This document shows positions 45,901 through 59,572 of a DNA stretch of 64,000 nt, in pieces. The first letter of the stretch is position 1, and every line of letters starts with the position of its first letter. The notes beneath the pieces are model-generated. The model had not been told where the DNA came from. It saw only the letters and a list, made by a program, of their open reading frames with translations, and did not search any database. The position numbers and the translations under genes were made by a program. Origin of the DNA: Eledone cirrhosa (lineage: Eukaryota); the NCBI GenBank assembly GCA_964016885.1, contig OZ024746.1:75640001-75704000 (forward strand), given 5' to 3'.

Positions 45901-48900
45901 GAATAGAAAATGTTTGAGAAGCCCACTACATACCACCACCACACATAACTGCACACTACTACACACCACCAAACCTAACTACACACTACTACTATACACC
46001 ACTACACAGTATCATTTCTTAATATCACAGTATTTCACCTTATAATGTCTAAACTCTCCTCTTAAGAATGAAGAAGGCCAGCTTTGGTCATAACTTTGGT
46101 TCACATCTGTAAAGTTACCAAGGCATAAGCCTGGGCAAGGTATTTTGTGGAAGACCAGCAGTCAGCCCTGCATGCCACTCTCCTGTCTCCATGACATCAA
46201 TATTTTGCAAAGGAAAATCAGATACCAATACATGATGGCGCCAGTAAAGTTGCAACTCATTTTTTCCAGCTGAGTGGACTGGAGCAATATGGAAAATAAA
46301 GTGTCTTGCTCAAGGACACAACACATTTCCTGATCCAGGAATCAAACTCATGACCATAATCCCTACACCCTAACCACTAAGCCATGTGCCTTCACACCCA
46401 TCATATTATTTCACTGATCTTGTATGTTTTGTCTGTTTTTCTGTATCAGAGAGCACAAACTGAAGCTGTTACCTTCCTTGGCAATCAAGAAAACAGCCGA
46501 GCTTTGTATGCTATCTCAGGTAAGACCTTACTGTAAAGCCTTCCACCTTTAGCCTTCACTCACTGCTCTGTACATCTGTATATACTGTTTTTGTTTAGCT
46601 GCAGGCCAATAGGTCAGCCCTGTTTGAGCAGAAACAATCAGATGCATTCAAATTGTGATCTGTCAATGTTTAAGTTGTATTGACTTGAATTTTTTTTTTA
46701 TTGAAATACACTCTATTTCACTTTTTTCTAATAAAATACACTCTATTTCAATTAATTAATGGAGAATGTTGACAGATTTACTAAAATTATTTCATTATTA
46801 AGATAGTAACTTAACATATGGTTCTTATATGAAATTATGTTGGAAGATTTTAATAAAAATATAAACCCTTTAAAATGGGTTGTTTTGTTTTATAGAACAA
46901 GAGCCTGAGTGGTAGTAAGTTGACATGTCTTTATATATTCTGTCTATGTTTAGCATGTCTAGCAACCTCATTGAGTCTCCCTCCCTTGCTGGCCTGCTGT
47001 CACTTCAGCTAATACTCAGTCTGTAAAGCTGTTGTATGATATACTGGGGTTGATGTTAGGATGTGCAAGTAGTATCACCACATGATGTACAGTGTGTGAT
47101 TATCATACTTGACCCAGTAACTGGACAGTCAGGTAATCAAACAGACTTATAAAAAACATTCCTTCTCTGAACCATCCAACCTTTATTGTTTTACTGACAC
47201 AGTATAGTTATGCTTACATCATCCAATTTGTTCTTTTACCTTTAAAATAATAGGGTGTGCTTTATGAATGATTTGGCAACTATTTCTAGCTTTATGGCTA
47301 TGTGGAGGCTCCCTTGCAGAAGATACTGTTATTGTTGTTGTTTAGACCAAGGTAACAATTTATTTTGGATCAACTACATTAAATCAATGTCCAATTTTAT
47401 TTTTTCAACAAGGTCTGGATTACTTGGCTCATGAGGACATTTTACCATATTCTACACAAGCAAAACATCCAATTCACCATGAGTTATTTAATAAATTCCT
47501 CAGTCATGACCCTGGTGGTAGTAAGTTGACATGGCTTTTATATATTCCAGATTTGTGTTTGTTTGTCATGAGATCTGAGATCATGCATTGTGGTGTTGGA
47601 ACTATTTGTCATGTGCCTTGATCTGAGATTATATGTTGAGGTGTTGTAGCTGTTTATCAAGTGACTTGATCTGAGATCATGTATTGTGGTATTGGGGGTT
47701 GTTTGTCATGCGAAATAATCTGAGATTGTATGTGTTGTGATATACTGGTTTGTTAAGTGATTTGATCTGAGATCGTTGTTGTATCTGTTATGTGACATGA
47801 TTTGAGATTGTGTTGTAGTGTTGAAGCTCTTTGTGATGGGACTTGATCTGAGATTGTGTGTAGTGTAATGGTATTATACCTGTTTGTTATGTGAGTTTAT
47901 TTGAGATTGTGTGTTGTGGGATACTCTTTTGTCATGTGAGTTGATCTGAGATCATGTGTTAAAATTCTTCAACAATTACATCATAGTAAAGACATCTTAG
48001 CTATTTAAAATGTCTGCACAGTGTTATACTGACTTTTGTTTCATTTTGTAATATTATATACTAGCTGGCCCCGTGCCATGAAAAATGACGGCTAATTGTA
48101 ATAGCTACACATAATATAAAAACAGAGATGCTTGTTTGTTGGTTGGTTCCTTTGCACTCACTCACACAAGTTATACAAACACACAGTCAATGTGTGTAGC
48201 CAAATTGCTACATATTTATATACACACAGCTGTGATGAATCTTAGAACGCTGGACTTCTATAGTTTCTCACCCCCCTCCTCCTTCCTCAATAATCACATA
48301 AATGTGTATGTATGTAATAATTATTTTTCTAAGTATGTCTTTATATATATGTATGTGTAGATTTGTGTGTGTTTATAATTCTATCGTCTATGTATCTTTC
48401 TAAATAAACACACACAAACACATATACACTCACACAAATATTATATATAGAGGGTCTGACGCCATGCTTTGCAGCAAAGAGTTACGGCCCTTTATGGTCT
48501 GAGTTCAAATCCCGCCGAGGTTAACTTTGCCTTTCATCCTTATGGGGTCGATAAAATAAAGAACTAGTAATGTACTGGATAATTGTTGGCCTTGTGCCAA
48601 AAGTAGAAACAATTATATATAAATATATTTTACACAAACACAATCATAACAACCAATGTGTGTAGCCAATTCGCTATACATATACACACACAGATGTAGC
48701 AAATATTGGACGCTGCCACCCGCTCTTTCCTAAGTCAACGTTATCACCCTTCCTTCTTAAGTCAATGTTAACACCCCTTCCTTTCTCAGTTGACGTTATC
48801 ACTCCTTCTTTTCTCAGTCGACATTATCACCCCTTCCTTTCTCGGTCAACGTTATCACTCCTTTTCTCAGTCGACATTATCACCCCTTCTTTTCTCAGTC

Positions 48901-51900
48901 GACATTATCACCCCTTCTTTTCTCAGTCAACATTATCACCCCTTCTTTTCTGAGTTGACATTATCACCCCTTCTTTTCTCAGTTGACATTATCACCCCTT
49001 CTTTTCTCAGTTGACATTATCACCCCTTCCTTTCTCAGTCAACATTATTACCCCTTCCTTCCTAAGTCAATGTTATCACTCCTTCTTTTCTCAGTTTGTC
49101 ATCACCCCTTCCTTCTTCAGTCATCTCTTGTGACAGCCAAAAACACAAGAGTATTATATATTAGTAGCTTATTAAGTTTAACATTAGAAAGAGCATCCGG
49201 CCATAGAAACTATGCCAAAAAATCAAATGTATGTGCAAGGTGTAGTTATCTGATCATGTCCTGTCTCAGACCATGATGAACCATCCAACCAATTTCATGA
49301 AAAACAATAATAAAATGATTATATATTATTAGGAATTAAGGGCGGTGGATTGGCAGTATCGGTAGAGAGTCGGACACCATGCTTTGACGCATAGAGTTAC
49401 GGCCCTTTCCATTTTGAGTTCAAACCCCGCCGAGGTCAACTTTGCCTCTCATCCTTATGGGGTCGATAAAATAAAGTACCAGTAATGTACTGGATAAGTG
49501 CTGGCCTTGTGCCATAGTAGAAACAATTATTAGGAATTAATAATATATAATGATGAAGTTAAGTATTGATGATGAAAACAGAAAAAATTCCAACAGACAC
49601 AGACTAACAGACTAGACAAGTGAGTTTGTGATTGATTTTCTCCTTTGTAAGAATCTGAAGAAATATGCTCCAATGTGCTGAGTTTTATAAATGGTCTGTG
49701 ATTGTTGTTTTCAGCGCCAGCATTTGTGGCAAAAGACACACTGCGTACATGGCAGGAGAAAAACCATCCCTGGTTGCAACTGTCTGATGTACATCGAGAG
49801 ACCACAGAAAACATAAGGGTGACAGTCATTCCTTTCTATATCGGAAGCAGGGTGAGTCTTTTCTCTGTCTATATATCTATGTGGCTATCTGTCTATATAT
49901 ATATGTGTGTGTGTGTGTGTGGTTATCTATCAATTTTACTATCTATGCCTATCTGTCTGTCTTTTTCTGCGATTCTTGATAGATAATATATATAATATGT
50001 TAAGGATATCGCTTGTTTGATGTAGCTGATGATGGCATGTGTCTCTTATTTTATGTGTCTAATGTTGGTTGGTTGTTTGATATATCTGATGTTGATATAT
50101 TTCTCTTGTTTGATGTGTCTGATGTTGGTATGTTTCTTTTGTTTGATGTGTCTGATGTTGGTATGTTTCTTTTGTTTGATGTGTCTGATGTTGGTATGTT
50201 TCTTTTGTTTGATGTGTCTGATGTTGGTATGTTTCTTTTGTTTGATGTGTCTGATGTTGGTATGTTTCTTTTGTTTGATGTGTCTGATGTTGGTATGTTT
50301 TTTGTTTGATGTGTCTGATGTTGGTATGTTTCTTTTGTTTGATGTGTCTGATGTTGGTATGTTTCTTTTGTTTGATGTGTCTGATGTTGGTATATTTCTT
50401 TTGTTTGATGTGTCTGATTTTGGTATATTTCTTTGATCTATCTGATGTTGATATGTTTCTATATTCCAGGATTCCCAACAGACTCATGTGTTTTGGGTAA
50501 GTGGTCAGCTATTTGTATCTAATGTTTATTGTCCAATCCTAGGAAGATAGGTGGAAGAAGGTATGTGGGTTGGAAGAGTTAGTGAAGCAAGTGAAGAACA
50601 AAGGTGTCAGAAGAAACCACAATAGAAAGAACATTAAGTTTATGTATATGTTGGTCATGTGATGAGGACTTTGACATCAGTGATAGACTCACGGAATCAG
50701 ATTATGATCCCAAAAGTGCCTGACTAGTTTGGTTTAAGGATGAAATGTTCTGTTGGGTGTTACATATGTGGTCAGATCACTGTTGACAGCTTTGGATATT
50801 TGTATTACTATTTGACGCAGGAAAGTTGAAAGCAAAGTTGACCTCGACACTAAATACCCAAAAGAATTAGCATCGGACAAAATGTTTTGGGGTATTTAGT
50901 TATGATTTTCTATGTTCTAAGTTCAAATCCTGCCGTGGTCAACTTTGTCTTTCATCCTTCCTAAGACAATAAAATAAAGTACCAATCAACTACTGGGGTC
51001 GGTATAATCAACTTTCCCCCTCCTCTAAATTGCCTGCCTTGTGCCAATGTTGGAGAGTAAAAAAATTATTATTATTATTATTATTATTATTATAATTAAC
51101 TTTGCCTTTCATCCTTACGGGGTCGATAAAATAAAGTACCAGTAATGCACTGCGATAATTGCTGGCCTTGTGCCAAAAGTAGAAACAATTATTATTATTA
51201 TTATTGGATTGGCAGAAATGTTAGCGTGTCAGACAAAATGTTTTGCAGTGTTTCTTCTGGCTATTTACATTTGGAGTTCAAATTTCGCCATGGTCAATTT
51301 TGCCTTTCATCCTTCCTAAGACAATAAAATAAAGCACCAGTAATGCACTGGGGTCAATTTTATCAACTTTCACCTCCACCTAAATTGCTGGCTTTGTGCC
51401 TATAGTAGAAATCATTATTATTATTATTACGGCAGGGGTTTAGCAAAATTGTTAGAGTATTGGACAAAATACTTTAGTTATGACTCTCTACTTTCTGAGT
51501 TCAAATCCCACTGAGGTCAACTTTGCCTTTCATCTTTCCAGGGTCAATAAAATAAGTACCAGTAAAGTATTATGATTGGTGCAATCGACTTTCCCCTTTC
51601 CTTAAAAGAAATTGTTAGCCATGTGCTTAAATCAGAAACATTTATTATTATTTATGTATTTGTGGATTTTGTTCGTTTCCAGTGGCGCTATTGTGTTCGA
51701 CTTGAGAATTTGGGTGAAGAAAGTGTTCAACTACGAGAAAGACATTGGAGAATCTTCAGTTTGTCTGGAACTCTGGAAACTGTTCGAGGTCGGGGTGTTG
51801 TCGGTCAGGTGTGTTGATACAATTTCTCCTCAGTTTCATATTAGTTTGATAATATAAATGGTAGTGTTTCTATTCACTCTGGTATTGGAGAAGGTGAGGG

Positions 51901-53891
51901 TATTTTTCTCTTTTTGTTTAAAGTATGGAATGAACCTCCATCAGTTTCAATGATGAGTGTTCCAGTTGTTCCATTAATAGAGCAACCTACTCATGAAATT
52001 AACATGTAAGTGGTTGAGCATTCCACTGACATGTGTACCTTTGATGCAACTTTCAGGGAGATTCAGTGTGACACAAACTGTAACAAGGTTAGCCCTTTGA
52101 ATCACAAGTTCAGTCCATCTGATGGGATTACCCAGTTTCACTCACAAGGCTTGTTGACCTGAGATTGTGGTAAATGGCACTTGCCCAAGGTGCCAAGCAG
52201 TAGGATGATACACTTATGATTGCAAAGCAAACTTCTTAACTGTTCGGCCATACTGTGTCCTAACTGATGGTATTATGTGTTAATTATCTACCATTATCTA
52301 TTGCTAACTACTTGGTGGTGTTAACTGTACATGAGGTTAACAACTGCACTTTATACGGGTATGGTTGAAATATGATTCTCTCTACATGATTCTTGTGTCT
52401 CTGTCATTGGGGTTGCTACTCCACTATGACTGGATTAATACACTACACACTCAGATATAAATATATAGCAGCAGTAGATAGATGCAGTTGTCTCATGAGA
52501 CAAGTCAGATCAGGTGACCATATCTTGCTCATACAGAAGTGTTTGAGGCTTGGTTTTTACAGCTGGATGCCCTTCCTAATGCTAACCACATTTACAGTGT
52601 AGACAGGGTGCTTTTTATTGTGGCACCAAAACAAATAACTGACAGTTTGGACAAGGTACTTTTTCATCGTGTCACCTGCACAACCACCTTACAGGGTAGA
52701 CCGGGTGCTTTTTTCGTGTCACCAACAACAAACACTCTATAGGGCGACTTGGTGCTTATTTCTCATGTTACCAGCACAACCACTTTACAGGGTAAACTGA
52801 GCGTTCTTTTGTCATGTGATCAGCATAAGCACCTTACATGGTGAACTAGGGGTTTTTGTTGCGTCACCAGCATAACCACCTTATAGGGAGGACAAAGAGC
52901 TTATATATATGGGTTGGACAAGAAAGGTGTAGAATGTGGAGTGTTGGGGAGAGTGTGGTGTGTGTATGCAGGATGGGGGATTGGAGAGGTACGTGCAAGG
53001 TAAGGTACCTAGCAGGTGAAGGGTGGTGTATGGAGGGGAAAAGATTTAGTGCATACTAATGTCCTCTAAATGTTTTCTTCATCCTGTGCACCTGGGAAGG
53101 CGGATCTTCTGCAGTATCGTATATCACCAGAGATCTTGATCCTTCCTGTGGCATTGCCTTTAAGAGGTTTAATTGTGCAAGGTCAGCTTTTATCACTTCA
53201 TTCCATGCTTTCCTAGATCTTCCTCTTCCATAGTTTCCTTTAACATCAAGTGCCTTGCACCTTTTTATACAGCTGTCATCCTCCATATACATCACAAGTC
53301 TACCTGAATTAACAGCCATTCTAACATCTCTGTCTCTTTTAGGAACCAATTCTATCAAAAGAACAGCCAGCCTTTCAATACAGTAGCCATATATCTTTGC
53401 AAGCGCCCAGTGGACATATGTGGTAAGTTTGGGGCTCTTCATTTCAATGGTTAGGGTGTTGGATACATGATCATAGGGTCATGGGTTCAATTCCCAGACC
53501 TCAGTGCTTATTTTTTCAAGTCTGGTACTTATTTTATGGATTTCCTTTTGTAAAACTGCTAAGTTATAGGGTATAATTGATCAGTATATGTAAACACACA
53601 CACTAATGATAATGATGCTATAAAGATAACTAGCTTCCACACAGTTTTACATTTACAGTGGTTTTACATATATTTTTTTATGTTATCATCATCATCATAA
53701 TCTCACTACTATTCCATATATGACCATCACTTAGGTTCCATTTAACAATCAATCCATTCTGTTGTCTCTGCAGGGGTACCTACAAGATGGAGCGTCGAGA
53801 TGGGACAGCATTTGAATGTCGGATACCCCCATTTTCTTTAGAAAGTAAATCTGATGACGCAAACAACCCCCATGGTTTGTTGGATAGCTGA
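39940..53891 (+). CDS. POLDIP2: Polymerase delta-interacting protein 2 (YccV-like plus ApaG domains), 11 coding exons, 351 aa
   Basis: Exons: 39940-40067 (MAVCLLQKYF..., basic and targeting-peptide-like), 41512-41575 (LAEVGVLE...YETGQ), 43255-43352 (LFLHKVFGYRGIVLFPW), 45441-45540, 46450-46519 (RAQTEAVTFL), 47413-47520 (GLDYLAHEDILPY), 49715-49851 (WQEKNHPWLQLSDVHRETTENIRVTVIPFY), 50470-50496 (DSQQTHVFW), 51683-51808 (WRYCVRLEN...LRERHWRIFSLSGTLETVRGRGVVG), 53343-53422 (EPILSKEQPAFQYSSH...GHMW), 53774-53891 (GTYKMER...RIPPFSLES...*). All introns are GT-AG and the total is 1056 nt. AATAAA at ~53984. Confidence 0.95.
43530..44325 (-). mobile_element. RTE-clade LINE 3' fragment
   Basis: SIRCTQCRSWVHKRCSGI, VVDSFRYL, RRLRWYGHVMRM and RGRPRKKW motifs, ending in a (GAT)n tail. 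Related 3' fragments at ~33560-33840(+) and 53060-53300(-). Confidence 0.85.
48061..49167 (-). mobile_element. Helitron-like element carrying a SINE and a 28-29 nt minisatellite
   Basis: CTAG end with hairpin gccgtca...ggcacgg at 48061-48093, and a TACTAATATATAAT-type start near 49165. Confidence 0.5.
50015..50460. repeat. 33-nt minisatellite (tttgatgtgtctgatgttggtatgtttcttttg)n
   Basis: Directly visible, ~13 copies, ending at the POLDIP2 exon 8 acceptor. Confidence 0.9.
50860..51640 (+). mobile_element. Tandem cluster of four family-A SINE copies joined by (ATT)n tails
   Basis: Repeated aactttgcctttcatcc...aataaagtacca cores separated by ATT microsatellites in POLDIP2 intron 8. Confidence 0.75.
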
Positions 53892-56147
53892 CTGCTTTTA
53901 TATGTTGTATCATCTTCCTCTTCTTCTGGTTTGGGTAGGGGAGGAGATATATTTGCGGGTGGGGTGGAAATTTAGACTTCAATAATAAATAATATAATAT
54001 AATATGTTTTTGTTGCTTACTTAACTTTTAGTGTCCTGTACTGCCTGAAACCACATTAGCAAGATATTCTTGAAAAGTACAAAATAGTAATATGACTACG
54101 TCACATTAAAAATTAGTCTTTACTTTAGTTTACTGCAAATTTTCACAATGATCTGTCTGCTAGTTAAGATGTTATAAACATTTGAATTAACAATCTTGTT
54201 TTTAGATATTTCCTGCTAAATCATGACAAGGTATAAAGAATTAATATGTTGTCCAATTTAGCAGTAGCCCTTGGCTACATTTACTGGGAGTTGAATCGAT
54301 TGTAATGTATATCTTCCAAGATAGAAAATACAGCATCACAAAGGCTGACCTTCCTTATATTATAAGGCCAAAAAATCCTTCAGCCCTGAACAACTCCTAA
54401 ACTTTTATAAAGCTGAGATGAGATCCACAATAGAATACTACTCCCACAATTGAGGCAAAGCTGCTACACACAATACACATGCACACACACAAACACACTC
54501 AATGAAAGGCTACTTGACTTAATTGGTATGAAGATGCTTACTAACACTGCAAATTCTGTCCCACAGATCTGTGTCCTCTCTCTCTCTCCTCTCATTCCAC
54601 CACTACTACTTCCCTGAGCATGTTTCTCCTGTAGTCATCAACTATTTAAGATGGACATTAACTGCGTCAATCTCACTGGTCTCACATGGCCTGCAAATTT
54701 CATTAACAAAGCCCCTTTCTCCATACCAAACAATAAAAAGTGGGTGTCAAACTGACCATCCTGTCTTTACTTAAGGTGTCTAACCTTAAAATTATCCAAG
54801 ATTCACATTTCCTTTCATTTTTAGCCCATTGTTCACTATATTCTTAATTGTGTGTAACACAGTGACACTATATTCTTACACAGTGTGATAGCATGTATCT
54901 ACCACACACTGTCCAGGTGTTTCAGTTCATTTTTTAAATAATCAACAGTTTGGAAAGATTTAGTAAAATATATAACATTTTCATTAAGTTAGTGTTTGAT
55001 ATTTAACAGTTTCTTATGATAAAAGGTTTAAATATGGACATTTTGAAACAGGAAATCGTATATCATAGAACCAGAGATATTCTAGTATGAGTTGATATCA
55101 AAAGAACGATAATAAATAGAAGAGAACTCAGGACAGAGCCTTGGTGAAGTTGTACAACTAAATTCCTTCCTGAACATTCATCTAATTTTCTTCACATCAA
55201 ACCAACAACTATGTGCAGCACTGTCTCTCTACCAAATTGCATTGTCGCCACAACACTACACAGTCTGTGACACTACACTTCACAGTGTGATACCCTGTCG
55301 CCACAACACTACACACATTCACCCTGTTTCCTCCACACTACACAGCATGAAACAAGGAAAAGAATAAAATAATATTAAAAATCAATTTAGAAATATATAT
55401 TTATCTATATATATTTGCAACAATAGTGACATCAATTGCTGTCAAATTTTGTAGTTTTGCTGAGAGATTGTAAATTCATTTATAGACACAGTTTTAAAAT
55501 GATCACTAAAGTATTTTTATTAGGTATATCACCATATATGAAATACAGTTTCATTGCCAATAATACAACATGAATATTCATGTTATATTCTCTTTGCTGT
55601 TAAATCAGATTAACAAAGCACATCTTTTATTACATTATCTAATGTGTCCGTCCTTTATTTTTTTCTTTTAAAGATTTGAAGTATACCTCAAATGCAGAGA
55701 GTCAGACCAAATACAATGGCATTTAATCTGACACTCTAAGAACTCTGCAAATTTGCCACCTAAGACTTAAACACTATGTAATTCATGCAGTGAAATATGT
55801 GGTACAAGGGTGACTTAAACATTACATGGTTCACACATCAAAACATCATTATTACCACCATCATTTTAATGTTTGTTTTCCTTTCTAACATGGGTCAGTT
55901 ATACAACATATTGACACTTGATCCTTTGTCATCTTGTCTGTTTGACCCAACACTTGATATTACTACTTCTTCCCACATCTTCCACTGTTGATACATAGAA
56001 TCCTTTCATCCAGCACTCATGGAAAATTAGTATTACATTCCCAAACCACTGCAGTTTTCTACGGAATATATTGGCTGATTCCTAGCTTCTCTTTTAGTTT
56101 AATTTGTACTCTGTCTTTCATGCACAAAATAAGTGTAGGTGCATAGC

Positions 56148-56343
56148 TTAACCCTTTAATGTTCAAACCGGCCAGAATTCTCTACCTCTCTCTGTTAAAA
56201 CTGGCTGTAACTGGTCGCTCAAACTGATGTTAAGGTATTGTTCTCAAAATAAATACTTTCAAAATCTCATAGATTCGATATTATGTGAGATAAAGCCTTT
56301 ACCATGAAAATATAATAGAGTAATGTGAATGCTAAAGAGTTAA
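56148..56343. mobile_element. piggyBac-type MITE
   Basis: TTAA-ccctttaatgttca ... tgaatgctaaagag-TTAA with an interior homologous to the other copies. A partial copy lies at ~36110-36253. Confidence 0.7.
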
Positions 56344-56624
56344 TGGTTAGTGTCTTAGGCTCCCAATCATAAGGTCATGGGTTTGATTATATATATAAAA
56401 CTATTGCTGCATCTACTAATAGTCTCTACATAACATTTCATTTTTCTTAAGTTGGCACAGAGGTAATTATTTTTGAATTTTAAGTGTAAAAAAAAATTAA
56501 TTTAATTTGTCAACTCAAATCACATAGTCATTATATATTTTTTTTTTCTTGCCTAATTTCTTAGTCTTTGGTTCCATGCAGAATAGAGATCTCTCATTGG
56601 GCAATGAGAGATCTCTATTCTGTT

Positions 56625-57460
56625 GGTTGCAAGCCTTCTTCCAAGCCAATCCTCCTCCACACACCTCAACCAGGTCTTGACAGGTCTGCTTTATTTCCTA
56701 CGCTCACATTCAAGTGAGGGCCTCACTGGTCTCTTTGTAGGCATGTGTAGCTATAGACAAGCATCTTCTGCCATCGCATGGTAATGACATGCTGCAGATT
56801 ACTCAGCCAAGTCATTTGTGATGTGGTCACGCAAAGAAATCCTATGTATGGTTCTAAAGCAATACCTATTGGAAGACATCTGCAATTCTGTAGATTCTAT
56901 GCAAGCATATGTTGTCATTTGCACAACGATTGATCTATATAAGCAGAGCTTTGTGCCATGGCTAATGGAGGTGTTTGACTATGCAGGCTTCTAGTGCTGA
57001 AAGACAGTAGCCACTTTGCTGAGTTTGTTTTCCACATCACTTGCCATTTTTAGCAAGGATACTGCCTGTGTATGCAAAGGTGTCAATGGTTTCCAGAGTC
57101 TGGCCCTCCAGCTGAACTGGTTGTACATTCCAAATAAGTATAACTTTGGTTTTTTTCAATGCTGATCTTAAGACCAAACTTTGAGCTGCTGTTGTTAAGA
57201 CTGGTGGTCATGTTTTGCATTATAGTAAATGTACGACTAAGGAGTCCCAGATCGTTGGCAGAGTCTTCCTTGTCCCCATTTGTGGAAGCTGAATCCATCG
57301 TGGACTTCTTCATGATGAAATACACCAGCAACAGGAACAAAAATGGGGACACTACACATCCCTGAAGCACCACTGTGGCAACATCGAAACTCTCTGTACT
57401 ATCATCTTTGGTTCTGATGCAGCAACGTGTCATCCGATAAAATGATTGCATGATGTTCTG
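56625..57460 (-). mobile_element. Decayed RTE/BovB-like LINE fragment
   Basis: VLQGCVVSPFLFLL, (Y)ANDLGLLS and GLKISIEK RT motifs with frameshifts. Confidence 0.65.
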
Positions 57461-59572
57461 CGAAATAAAAAGTTTTTATTTTATTTTTAATGCATTTATG
57501 ATATAATGGGGGGGGGGGGGGGGAAATATCTAGACCCCCCTAGGCTAGACGGTATATCTCAGTTATGCTCCACATTGGTCAAGATAGCGAAAACGTTGCC
57601 ACAGGGAACAGCTAGTGATACCCAGTGTGTCGGTCTTTTCACTTTGCAGACCGCTTCCCTCAAGCGTAATGCCCTTTGTCCCAATTTGTGTTAATGACAG
57701 CCAGCACGAAATTGGGGTGATTTCCCTTGATATGGAACGCTTCTGTCAACAAACGAGGACTATTAAGACCACATGACTTGAGATGACCAATGAAATTAAC
57801 GTATTATACACTTACGTAGTAGTAGTTCTATCACGGCGGAGATTTCCTTTGAACTAACTTAAAAAACAACTAACTCTGAGCAGCAGTTGTTTATATATAT
57901 ATAGAAAAGCTTCATTGTGGATATGGAAAAATCATTTAAATGAAAGGCTAACACACAGAGAGCAAACACTCAGTATGACGTAAACATCATAATGCCTGAA
58001 TGATGAGAGTGGACCCTAAAACTCTGACGTTCCCCAGTAGCATCAATGTAGCCTGGCACTGATGGTCGGGAGGTGTCGAAATCGTTGAAGTCTTCCGTCG
58101 GCAGATGGTGAATGGAATGTTCCGCAGTGCAAAACTGTATGTAGAATATACATATATATATTCTTACATAACCCCACCATCAACATTAAAAAATAAATCA
58201 AAATCAAACCTGAACTACTTGAGACATATACAAAATACTCAGATAAAAACACAACGTACATAGATAAAACCAATGCCCCCGACTATCAAAACACCATCAA
58301 CAGCCCGAAATTTTAACTGGGGACTAAACCCTAATCTGTATTTATGTTTTATATATACTGGATGGCACCACTATGAGGACGGACAGGCCAATTGGCCGCG
58401 CCGAACTCATCTCACAACGTAACCATGGTTTGGGGGCCTTGTACTGATATATACACGCACACTCACACACATGTTAACAGTGGATCAAAGAACAACAATA
58501 TATTGAGGTGAGATCATATTTAGTGTTTGTGTTTAATATAGGTAGTTGCTTTCCTTCACTTTGAGTCAAAATAGATTGTCTCATATTACTTATTTCTTTA
58601 ATAAATTACTGTTTGTCATTTGTGTGATATCGACTGTGCGTTTGACACAAGACTGTCTTCGATTACTGTGATGGCTCCCTCCGGAATGCTGGGTCCATGT
58701 TGATATATTTTGTATATAGTGTCTGTAGTATATTTTGTATATAGTAGATCTTGTATACAATTGATCTAGTCTGTTGTACATTTTTATGTACTCTTTTGTA
58801 AGTGTGAGGTTTTCTTGTCAAGACCAGGAAAAGAAAGAACCTTTATGTTAAAACTGTTGTTATTCAAATCTTAAAACAACAACAAAAATATTGAAAGTTA
58901 GTAATGGAGAAACAATTCTAATTATTTGCAAAGCTACAGCTGAATTTCTTAAAACATTTCGATTTATCTAAGTATGACGGGTTTAACTCTGTAAATATTG
59001 TAACAATCGCAAGAGTATTTATTTTTCAACCCTTTCCATACCAAACCGCCTGAAACTGGGTTTGATTCTGATACAAAACCGTCTATTTTAAGCTGTTTAT
59101 ATTTATCTAAAAACCTTCTGTCAATTTTATGTAAGAATCTTTGTTAAGCATCTTTCCAAACACCAGCTGTTATATTACTAATTCCTTCAAAATTCTTGAT
59201 TATTTTCAAGATAATTTAAAAATCATGTCTCTCATTAGAAATATGGCAATGAAAAGGCTAATGTTTATGAATGGGAGTTTCAGTTTTCATGTGAAATGAT
59301 AACCACTTCTGAGATACTGCAAGTTGTCAAAATAGATACAAATCATGGTCTTTGATATTGTTAAGATACGTCACTCATACACCACATATTACACAACTTA
59401 AGTGATATCTAATATTTTATTGTATCTTATTTCAGGACATATTTCTGTTTGAAGGATAATTTTCTATAGAAGGTGTTGTAGGTTAGCAGCGTTTTGAGAT
59501 AGATATATTTAATTGAAGGAAAATAAAAATGTAAAATTATAACTTTGACGTTTGTTAAAGAAGTTCCAGAAA

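Noticed and set aside
53056-53442. 128-aa - strand ORF overlapping POLDIP2 exon 10
   Set aside because: It is a chance fusion of antisense exon sequence with a decayed RTE 3' end.
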